Shown here: positions 10,208 to 21,200 of the stretch, one piece after another
Layout of the letters: each line of letters opens with the position of its first letter
Position numbering within the stretch: the first letter of the stretch is position 1
From: Giardia intestinalis
Taxonomy: Eukaryota
Strand: one strand, 5' to 3'
Assembly: GCA_000002435.2 (NCBI GenBank)
Contig: CM018793.1
DNA length: 64,000 nt
The notes under the pieces: generated by a model
The model's input: only the letters and a program-made list of their open reading frames with translations
What the model was told of the DNA's origin: nothing
Database searches by the model: none
Made by a program: the position numbers and the translations under genes

Positions 10208-11367
10208 GCAGCACTGAGACCAGGAGGCAGCAGCTCGTGCCGGCGCCAGTTGTCCCTCACAAGAGAAAGCGCCTCGTCCCTGGATAGGCTGCGCTCAGAC
10301 GCAAGAACCTCAATCGCGGTCGCCATTGACCTGTCCCAGTCGTCCTGGTCCTCGCGGTACCAGTCCGTCTCCAGAAGCAGGCACTCCTTGTCAGACTTCC
10401 GTATGCACGCCCGGGTGGCCTTGTTTGCCTCTGTGAAGTGGGACACGGAAAGGAGCACGCGTCCGTGGCATGTAGAGACGGCAGCCTGCAGCTTGCGGAA
10501 TGTCTCGTGGGTCCCGTTGTAGGAGTGCATTATAATGCTGCGATTGTAGCTGGCATACTTCCTGGCCATGGCCTCCAGCTGCTCCGTGAAGATAGGCCAG
10601 AGGCCAGGCTTACGAGAGATGATGTGGACGTTGCAGTCCCTGTTCATCTCGAAGGCCATCTCCAGCTGCGGGGAAAAGTAGCGGGTCTGTGTGTCCAGTG
10701 GAGAGTCAGCCAGCGCGGCCGGCCGAGTGTCCAGGCCTATCTCCCCCACAAACGCGGTCTGGTCCGCAGCCAGTCTTGCTCTGACTTCAGCCAGTGTCGC
10801 TGCAAGATCGGGGTGCATGTGCAGGTAGTACGGGTGCACTCCGTACCCGACTCGTACAGAGAGGGGATGGATCCTCCTGAACTCGGCAAGGTCTTCGAAC
10901 TGAGTCGGGTCTGTGGCGTTCAGGAGATAGACGTGGTCCGGCCTGAACCAGGTGCCGACAAACGCCGAACTGAAGTGGCAGTGAGCGTCAAGCATTTTAA
11001 GTGTCGCCCCTGGGGGCATCGGAGAGATCAGCGTGGGTCTGGAAGAACCGTCGGACGTCCTCAGCAGTAGCAGGGGCTCCTCGAGCTGGCCGCTCCGCTG
11101 GCGGTGGGCCTCGGACGACAGGTGTTGCACCAGGGCCAGGGAGTCCTTGAAGGCGAGATCGCACAGCGTGCACCTCAGACAACCGCTGGATGCACGCTTC
11201 CCGTCGTCGATGACGGTCTGGGTGCCAGAGAGGGCGACCAGCTGCGCATACCTCGACATGCGGACGGTGTCCGTGCGGTCAATTTTCGTTGGTCCATTCA
11301 CTCCTATATCTCCGGACGCTTCACCGCGCCAGGACCTAGAAGGGCTCTGGCGGTACGTATCCTTCAT
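10192..11367 (-). CDS. TatD-family metal-dependent nuclease with an N-terminal C2H2 zinc finger
   Basis: CLRCTLCDLAFKDSLALVQHLSSEAH (C2H2 finger), then MLDAHCHF ... VGEIGLD ... HSY ... ETDW, the TatD/TIM-barrel hydrolase motifs. The gene is GC-rich (about 60%). Its 3' end overlaps the convergent giant ORF by 16 nt. Confidence 0.75.
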   Translation of the reverse strand: MKDTYRQSPSRSWRGEASGDIGVNGPTKIDRTDTVRMSRYAQLVALSGTQTVIDDGKRASSGCLRCTLCDLAFKDSLALVQHLSSEAHRQRSGQLEEPLLLLRTSDGSSRPTLISPMPPGATLKMLDAHCHFSSAFVGTWFRPDHVYLLNATDPTQFEDLAEFRRIHPLSVRVGYGVHPYYLHMHPDLAATLAEVRARLAADQTAFVGEIGLDTRPAALADSPLDTQTRYFSPQLEMAFEMNRDCNVHIISRKPGLWPIFTEQLEAMARKYASYNRSIIMHSYNGTHETFRKLQAAVSTCHGRVLLSVSHFTEANKATRACIRKSDKECLLLETDWYREDQDDWDRSMATAIEVLASERSLSRDEALSLVRDNWRRHELLPPGLSAAQLGM

Positions 11368-11561
11368 CTGTGCGTTTTTCTTCTCACTTATCTCCCTTAT
11401 ATCTTAGGGATACTTCTTTCTGGAGGACTTAGAAGCTACCAATAGGGCAGAGAAGTTAGAGGTTAAGGAAATGGAGGCAAAGCCATTGATGACTGATTTA
11501 TGACGTTGTTTGCACAGCAATTATCACAGGCTTAGGAGACATCCCCCTGTAAGTAGGAAAC

Positions 11562-12233
11562 TCACGAGACAATGAAGCTATTGATCCACGTACACAGGTC
11601 TTTCTGCTCGGCCAATGAACAAAAAATATCCGCTACGCTCACCCCTCCTGGAAATCTTTTCATCATATCATTAATCTCTTCGCCAAAAACGTCTATTTTA
11701 TCGGACACGTGTGTAAATAATAACTTATCATTTTTCGGAACTTTGATCTTCTTTTCGGCCTCTACCAGGGTTTCGTTGACTTCCTCTGAATTGGACACAA
11801 TATCCTGAAGCTGTTTCAGTGCTTGGTACTGACTATTACTAATGGCTTCGACTCTATTCTTGGCACTTTTTAGTTCGTCCCGCAGGCGGTGTAGCTCCAA
11901 GTCAAGCTCGTACGCGTACTTGTAGTGAGTAGCGAACGCTGCGATATGGCGGGATGTCTCTTCTGCAAATTCTCTGTAGAGCTGCTTAAGCTTTGAGAGC
12001 GCCATCTTGCTGGGCGGCCCCTCAGACGCCCTAGTTAATTGATCTGCGGCACCACTTGCCGAGTGAACCAGTCCTGGCTTCTGACCAAAGTTGAAAGCAG
12101 AGCTTGTTGTGTTCAACTGTGAGAGGCCTAGCTCACTCCCACTCAATGGAGCCACCCCGAATCCACCGGTAGACCCTCGAGATAGGTCCACCGCCGGTGC
12201 CAACGAGCCCCCGAATGAGAAGCCGCTCTGCAT
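11562..12233 (-). CDS. FG-repeat protein with a C-terminal coiled coil, nucleoporin-like (Nup62/Nsp1/Nup54-type architecture)
   Basis: N-terminal SGFSFGG / GGFG / FNFG repeats followed by a heptad-rich segment (LKQLYREFAEE ... LELHRLRDELKSAKNRVEAI ... ALKQLQDIV). Confidence 0.5.
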   Translation of the reverse strand: MQSGFSFGGSLAPAVDLSRGSTGGFGVAPLSGSELGLSQLNTTSSAFNFGQKPGLVHSASGAADQLTRASEGPPSKMALSKLKQLYREFAEETSRHIAAFATHYKYAYELDLELHRLRDELKSAKNRVEAISNSQYQALKQLQDIVSNSEEVNETLVEAEKKIKVPKNDKLLFTHVSDKIDVFGEEINDMMKRFPGGVSVADIFCSLAEQKDLCTWINSFIVS

Positions 12234-15200
12234 TAATAAAAATCTTTCGCGGAGAGCAGCTCGCTATGCTGGAGGTCTTCATCTCCGTTTTTGTTTTTCT
12301 TCGACATCACTCCTTTGATGCTAGCCCTGCTGTTTTACTAATGTCCATCTTTTGGGTTATTGCCGGTACCACACTACTGCTGAGCCCCCAGCTGGGTTCG
12401 CCTTATCTTCTAAGCCATTACATATATAACGTCATAATGTCTATGCTTTTGATAAAAGATGTTTACTTTTTTCCCAGCAAGGCGAGTGTACTGCTCCTTC
12501 TAATTCCTCTTTTAAATTTACTTCCATTATTTATGATAATCTTGATAAGATTTTTTACTCCACGTCCTCCTAACACCTTCATTTACATATTATGTTATTT
12601 AACGCAAATTTTTATGTTTCTGTGGCTAGAAGGCTGTGGGCCGTATGCGTTTTACAAGTTGTCCGGGTCGCTGGCCCTTTTGCTCAAGCGCATTGCGGAA
12701 GGTATCGCCACCAGGGGGTTTTTTCCTGCCATCTTTAGCACCGATTCTCTTGTACTAATCTACTATAGCGTGCTTACCGTGTTCCACTACCAAATCAATC
12801 TATCCTTTATGCATGCCCAGAACACTGCAGCCATAAGGGAAACAAAGCTGTTCTTTGCGCCCTCGTTCATTCCTCTGCAGCGGTTTCGTCTACTTTATCT
12901 CATTTCCTTGATCGTCCAGCAGTTCTTTGAAAACATAGTCTTTTCCATCTACTTTGTCTATTGCGCTCTGGTCTTTGTTAACGCTTATCTCATTGCTTCG
13001 CGCGGTTCGCTCTCCCATGTTCACAACGGTCCCTGGATAACCCTATCCCTTTCAACCTTCATTTTATTTTACAGCTGCTACAATATATTAATAACCATAT
13101 TTCCGTTGATCGTAGGTAAGGTCTCTAGATACAGTACTCTTTTAATGATTTGTCTACCAATCTCTTTGGCTGTTTCAGTCGGTGTGACTGTAACGCTCCT
13201 TGTGCTCGGAAAACGAATTAGGATAAACGTCATTAACGATCATAAGCGGATCAAGGTACGGCACTCTTCTAGCTTTCGTGGACGACACAGGTGCCTTACA
13301 ATCAGACTTCTGTCCACCATTCCGGCAAAGAATGTTAGCGTTAAGGTTCTGACTTCAGATGGCCATCATCCTGCCATGCAGAAGGACACTGCTGTTCTCC
13401 TGGATCCTACTGCAATCCAGAACTATACCCTTCATACTCCTCTCTCTAAATCTATGGTGATGATATTGGCGTTCTATTTTGACATTCATACAGTCGCTAG
13501 CTTTGTTTTACCAAATGACTACACGTTCACAACCGATGATATCAATAGCTTGGTGTACCTCATAAAGGATAGCAAGTCCACCAGGCGTCTGCCAGAAGAG
13601 CGCGTCAAGGAAAGACCAGGAGCACATCCCAATTCTATTGTTTCTTTACCACAGCTGCATAGCGACGCGAACAATCTAATCGGCTCCCCGCCCCTTACCA
13701 GCTCTATTGTGGATTCATCAAATATTGAGCGGCCACGTTCAGCCAGTGCTACCCACCGACATACCACTTTCCTACACCACGCCTTTTCAATTCCCGACAC
13801 TAGCCTCACCATGAATAGAGAGGCACTGGCGGTTGAGCACTTGGTGAGCTGCTCGACAGATGCACCAGCGCCCTGTTACAAGTCATCGAATGACGCTCTC
13901 ACTTATCCATCTAATAGCTCGTCCGAAGACTCGCCCAATTTGTATGGCATATCAGCTACACAAGGCGCTAACTGCCCGTTGCCAACTGGACATACATCCA
14001 AGGCTTCGACCACCCCTAAAACGGGCTGTGAGACACCAAAAGAGCTTCCCCTTACGCCAAATCAAAAGATTTTTAGGGATTTTCTGGGCACATTAGACCC
14101 TCAGAAAATCTTCACATATGTTGTACAAGCAGAGAACCTTCTAGAGGATTTCAGACTTTTCTATGAGAATATATATGCATCGCTGTTTCTTTCTTATTGC
14201 GCTGCGTCGCAAACTTTAGAGTCTATGACGTTACTGGACATTGAGGAATGCCTGCCTATCCCTCTTCTTTTACGCTATCTGCGTGCATGGAAGACGCCTA
14301 GTGACGCATATAACAGTATTATATACTACATTGATCAGTTAAAGAGCGTAGACGACTTGAAGCGGGAATACCAAGCAGCGCGAGCCACCCGTCGAGAACT
14401 TGAACATGCATCCACTGCCCCTAATGCAACGCGCAGCCTTACTCTCAAGCCCATTTTCGTGGAAGCAAGGAAAATACCATCTTTCACTTGTAGCAACTCG
14501 TGCACAAACTGCCCTCGGTGTAGGGTACACGCAGTCTGCAACCACTGTCATGCAAAAATAGCAATCCTTCTAAAATCCACATTTAACTTTGTTATGGGGA
14601 GAATGAAGACAGATAAACCGCCATCTAGAGGCTTCAATTGTCCAGATTGCAATCGGCCATGTTCGCTCAAGATTGTAGAGTCACTCTCAAAGAAACAGAA
14701 TAGGAAGATCCCCGGCACAACTCTGCACACCACATCTGTCAAGCCAAGGATACCTCAAAATTACACAACATTTCTAAACAAATTGACCCCTCTTGGGCGG
14801 CGCATTCAAACACCCACAGCCTACTCCAGAAAAAAGCTACCAGCCGTGGACTTCTTAAGCTTTGAGACTGTATCAGAGCAAACAGACGCAAACCTACCTC
14901 ACTCTCGCCAGCATTCAAAGCGCTTGTCGCGGGATGTTGTGCAGTTATTACTAAAGGCATTTATAAATGACATGGAAAACAGCATAAACGAAGAGACCCC
15001 CATGATATGCGAGTGGGCCACACAAAAGTATGCGTCCACTAATGCTACTGATCAGGCCAGTCTCGATGCAAAGCAGCGGCCAAACTCAAACACAGACTCT
15101 AAGATGTTTTCCCGAGATCAAAATATTGGACTTCTGCACAAGAGTTACTCCGTCATCTCTCCTCAGAACTTCAATGGATCAATCTACTTTTTATCGCCCG

Positions 15201-18200
15201 AGATATTTGCAGATGTCACCATATCCGAGGAATCGAAATCTTTCCTCTATAACTGTAGAAAGCAGAATTATCTCTTTACGATCTTCCTCCCAACAATTAC
15301 AAGCACATCAAGCACAACAGGCAACATCCATCGTTTAAGTTTTGCCTATGACAGAGCGGCAAGCCTCACTAGCCCCCTGAGAATTCTACGGATGAAGGTG
15401 CTAATCCACCTGGCTCGGATGCTTTTCCCTGTCCATCTGTATGTGGATAGTATTTACCCAATCCAGCTTGTCCCATGCTACAAGTTTTATACACTTGGAA
15501 GAAGCTATATAGAAAATGCCACAAACCGTGTTTCTATGATCTATAGTCCTGAATTTTTATTAAAAAGACAAAAGGACTCGGAGGTCCGTGTAATTAGTAA
15601 GAACACGAGCCTGAAGAAAAGCATACAAGCAATGTATCATCAAGAGCCTCTCTACCTATATTGTCTTGCTCAGAATGCTCTAACTATAAAGACACAAGAC
15701 AAAATGGATAGCTCTATTCTGCAGTTTGTTAACGTAGAGTATTTATTTATGCAGGCTGCATTTACTGGTATCAGTAGCTCCTATCTATCGTTCTTCTATC
15801 GCTTGTACTATACCAATAACGTCTCCTTTTTCACCCACTTGCTATCTCTCTCGAAACACTCCAGCGACGCCGATTTTCCAGTGGATCTGACAACGAAACT
15901 GGACAAGCACGGATCCAGCCTTTCTACTATTCCTGGGTCCATAGCTATCAATGGACTATCAATAGCTTTGAACTGCCACACCTTATCAGATCAAACGGCG
16001 GATGCCTACGCAGTGATTGATAGGTTGCTAGGTGGAATGTATTCGGTTCAAATACCGATCTATACTTGGCTGGAAATGGCAAAGATACGCCTCTCTACAT
16101 GCACTGTTTATTTGGAGCTTTTGCGCGGACTTAACTCTGACATATTTTCAAGATACGAGAGTGTGCCTGCAATCACCAGCAGCCACTCTGTCCCCATGGA
16201 AATGTCAAGCATACCAAGCATACCATCGGGTTTGGAACTGGATGCTGATGAGAAACGGACTCCATTGGTATTTGAACACGGCATTACAAACGCAGAAAGG
16301 CAGGACAAAACGCGTCTCAGACACGGGCACTCCTTTAATGTGTCTACACTTGAAGATTACCACCGTCTGCATGATGCCATTGCCGAGCTGCTCTCTGTAT
16401 GCCAAACCCTCCTGGATAAACAAGTGAGTGAGCTAGGATTTCCTAATGAATCACATGAGGTCCAGATGACAAGAATATTAGATGGTTGTAAGAGCTTTTT
16501 TAGGCATTACTATGTGTTCTCCACGCAGCACTTGCTTCACGTTGTCTTTGATCTTCCTGGTATAGTGAAGTACGCTCCTCGCAACACTCGTAGTAAGCCT
16601 ATTTATCGTTATCGCAACGGTATCCCAGAGCTCATTACTCACTCACGAAAGTATTCTAATCATCCGACTGATACCCTAGATGCAGCAAGCGCTGATACTG
16701 AAGAACTTGGGAGCGAGTCTAGCAGCGACTATCTGGAATCTCCCCCCTTGCGTCTGGAGCCTGACATTGAGGACAGTGGGTCCGATGTCCAGGACAATTC
16801 TACTGCCTTTGTGGCACACTCCCCGGCGCTAGCATTGGATGGCTTCAACAAGTTATTTATTCCGCAGCTCCCTCACATGGCGACCTCCTCCCACCCAAAA
16901 GCCTTAGTGATTTCCAAAAAGCAGATTGCGGCTAATTTATTTGCTATTTATGAGCATGTGATCCTAGAGAATGATATGTTGGAGACTATATTATTAAATA
17001 ATATTACCATCAACGGACTGCCATCAATTGACATCAATGGCATGCCCTTTTCTCTTCTATCTCTTTTGGGAAAGACCCCATCTCGGTGTGTCGATGGTTC
17101 CCCGACAAAAGACTCGAGCGATACCCCGCACGGGTGTACCCCTACCACGTCCATAGACGTAGCCAAATTGCAAGATTTACTGAGCTCACATGCACAAGCA
17201 CTAGCAAAAGAGAAATACATTGATAAGCTCATGCAGCATTTTAGCTCTCGATCTCTCTATGACAAGGTGGGCTCTGATCATTACTCGCAAATCTCCGCGC
17301 CTCGTCTGCGTCAAATTATTCTCTCTCTTATTACAGATAATGCAAGCGACTACCAGAGTAGTGCTTCGGGTTACGGTAACATGTCCTTGGATAATGCCCC
17401 GCCCTCGTCGAGCGTCTTGGATTCCGAGCCATGTGCTGGTGCGGCTCCGGCCCTCCCCAATGTATCGGCAACATTTAGCGCAACGTTTAGCACCAGTGCC
17501 AGCACAACCTATTCTCACGTAACAGAGGCCCAAAACACGTTTACTGAGCCCCTAGTTTCTGCTAAAGACTTCGCATTCTTGGGGCCAACAATGGCGAGTA
17601 ATGTAGATCGGTTTGGCATAAAGAGGAAAGCAGGCTACAAGTCCTCCAAGCTTTCAAGTTGGAAGTTCTCGCTTTCCTCATTAAACTCATCAAAGCTACT
17701 TCGTAGGTTTATCAGCAAAGGAAGCAAGAGCTCATCGCTGTCTCTTTTGGAACCGGAAAAAATCAAGCTCTTCTTAAAAGCAGGTTCCGCATATGTCCCA
17801 TTTGATTTTCCTCTTTCAGGCGGCTCAGTGTCATCTTCACTTGCAAGCGATCCTGTTAGCACGCAGCAGCTACTCCTTGCGATGATTGTGATGCTCAATT
17901 TACTTCACCTGTACTCCTCTTCTAACGTGCTCACAACTTATGAATATCGTGGCCGGCAGCTTCTAACTCTTCAGCAAAATCGCTTCATTGTGGACTCGAC
18001 TGGAGAGTATTATCCGGCAGCCTATAGACAAGAGCTAGAGCAATCCTATACCCTTAACTTTAATACTCAAAATCCAGACGACGCTGTCAAGAAGTTTATC
18101 TATTGCTTTGATGAATCCTTCACGGGACTGTTCCCAATCAAAAGCCCGATCCTGTGCAAGCGCTACCTTAACACAGACTTTGATCTGACGATACCTATTG

Positions 18201-21200
18201 ATGGTATGAAGTATATCCACGTGTCAGATTCCCCCAGTAACCTTCTAGCACCTACATCGCGCTCTAAGTGGCTTGAGAACTTAAAGCAGCCAGATTTCAA
18301 TACACCAATCAACGTTTATGAATGTATAGAAGCACAAGTATCAATGAACATGGGATTCTCGCTGATTAGATATAGACTGAGGTTTAGGAACTTGCTACTA
18401 TATAATAGTATTGTCTTCGACACTCTTATTCAGTTGCGGAATATAATTAGGGTAGATAGCACCTTGAGAGCAAAGATACATGCCTATAAGATGCTCCCTC
18501 GCTTAGGAATGTTCTCTAACCACTCTGATGTCCTGCTAAAGAGCTTCTTTGAGAAAATAATAAATATCCAGGACTCCATTCTTACATCAGATCCATCTGC
18601 ACTCCACATACCTCATGGTGGGGCCACCATGAAGGCCTCAATTGCTGACACGAGAAACAGCGCGCCCACACCCATGCTAATCCATCACTGTAAGCGCCTC
18701 CACGAGTGCCTAGATGTACTGTGCAGATATGAGCACATCCTTCAGAGTCTTTGGACCATGAGACTTACGCTGTTGCGCCACAGCTATGCAGAAGAGGACT
18801 TTCTTCTTCTGCTACAAAACGAGTGTCTCAGAGCCCTCTCCACAAGCTATGGGATTCCCAGTGAGTACTTCTTTGCGCTCTTTTCTAATATTATGAACTT
18901 GGACCCCGAGACGAAGCAGTGCTACATGTCCTCGTCCATAGAGCATGCGTTCCCGAAACATTATGCACTATTGTACCAATTACGATCCAGTAACCAAGAT
19001 GATAGGGAGGTTACTCTATCGTATCCACTATTGGATGAAAGCACATATGCCCGACAGCAAAACGTTATTCGTTACTTTTCGGCGATGGAGTATGACGCAA
19101 AGAGAATCGAGACGGCAAACAGAAAGTTCTTTATCACGATAGCAGAGCTGTTCGCATTAGGAAAAGATCCGCTCGGGCAGATAGAACATATCTTGGCAGC
19201 GTCACCCAGGGCCGCAGGAGCTTACATTCTCGGACCAACTTTTGATACCTTACAATTATTTAAAGGAACTATTGGGGTTGATGCGGCTTTTCCTCACTCC
19301 AATATCTCAATTGCAACAAAAGACCCTCTAGACAAAGCCGAGGAACCCAAGGATTTCGATGATCTTGCATATTCTAGCTCAGTCTTAACAGATGACCCAA
19401 CCAATAGCCTGTGTCCTTCGTCAGAGACGACCTTATCAATGACGCAAAATTCTCATCCTCCATTGGCCAAAACAACCGCCAAAGACGTGCAGCATTCTGA
19501 TTTTCAGAGTATCTTTCGCAAAGACAACTCCACAATATCAAATGTTAAGGATGACTCGTTCAATCGGAACAAACGTAGCTGTGGAAAACCAGATCTTAAT
19601 TCAGGAGCCTGTGCGCGCATACATACGCAACATTGGCGGATTGTAGCTTGTCTCTATACAAACAGCTCACTGATCCTGATAACGCTCTTTTACATTTTCC
19701 TTGTGTGCTACCTTCTCTTTATCTACTCATACTCCCTAACAAACCACGTAATAGCTAAGAGCTTGCTTCAGCAAGGCGGGCATATCTCAGGCATGATGGC
19801 GGCCCTCTCAGACTTGCAGACTGAGATAAACATGAATGTGGCCCTCCAGCAAACCAAGAATAATCCCTTTGAGATTCTTTCCAGCTATGCCGAACGGTTT
19901 AATGAAATTGCAAACAATGCTTATTCTGCCCACGTAATCACGGCTGCCATGTACAATGGTTTATCTATTAACGATGTTGTTCAAAGGGAGCTGGAGCTCT
20001 CTGCCTTCTGGCCACCCCCGATGTTATACTATTCTGGAGAGCAGATAATGAACGTAGAAGACTTGAATGTTAATAGTGGTCATCAAAATATCACTTGCAC
20101 AGTTACAATGGGTACCCTTTCCGACCAGTCTATTGCCACCTTGACGAACTCCAGGGACAAGTGGCCAGCGAACTTAAGCTATTTGAAATCGAAATTATTG
20201 CCACTTAAAAATCTAAAGTACCTTTTAAACTTTAAAGTTTGGACGCAGACAAGGGATTTTCTACAATTGCAACAATCAGATATAAAAGAGTACCTCGACA
20301 CTTACAATGAGTTTAGCATAGGACTATATGATGGGAGCTTCCGTAATTTTATCACTAACTACCCTGTTACAATCCCAATTACCTCATCTTATTCGATTGA
20401 GCAACCAGATGGCACACTAAAAGACCAACTCAATTCTCACAGTACTAATTATTTTGAAACTACTGATATACTCGTCAATAGGGTAGTGTGCATAGCTGCC
20501 TCTATGATATATATTTCTCAGCAAGCCTCTAGCTTTAATCCTCAATACATATCCTCCAAAGAGTCCTCAATGTTGACTCTTTATAGGCCAATGGCCAGCC
20601 TGATGTTGGAAACAGATTTCTTACAAACAACTTACCAGAGCATGTATGTTAATCTTCAAGAGATTATGATAAACACGTGGGCAATGTACTCTAGATACAC
20701 GCTTAACAGGCTGGTTCTTCTTGCATTTACATTTCTGGCAGTTGGACTTTTTATTCCCCTCTATTACTTAAGCTTTCAGAGAGTGCAGCGAAGGCTTTTG
20801 AAGGCAAAGCTTGACCGCGCCTGCACCCTTGCCAACATCCTCTCCTTACCAAAAGCTATATTAGAGAGCCTAATGGACAATTATGCTCAAGCCTCGATGA
20901 TCCCCTTCAAGCAATTCTTGTGGGGGAATAAGGGGTATTCGGCAACAGACATAGACTTGCCCAGAGAATACTACTCCGACATATACTCATATACTCAGAG
21001 CAAATCAGTGTACAATCAGACACACTTTAACTTGGCGGAGCTCACCATACATTCCTCCAAAGTCATTGAAAATAACGTGAAAATCAAGCAACACAACGAC
21101 CCCGACTGCAGCTTAAAATTTTATTCGCACACAGACGAGATCTCCCTTATTCTTCGCCTTGTTGCTATCTACGACAATTTAAGCAATAGCAAGATGCACA

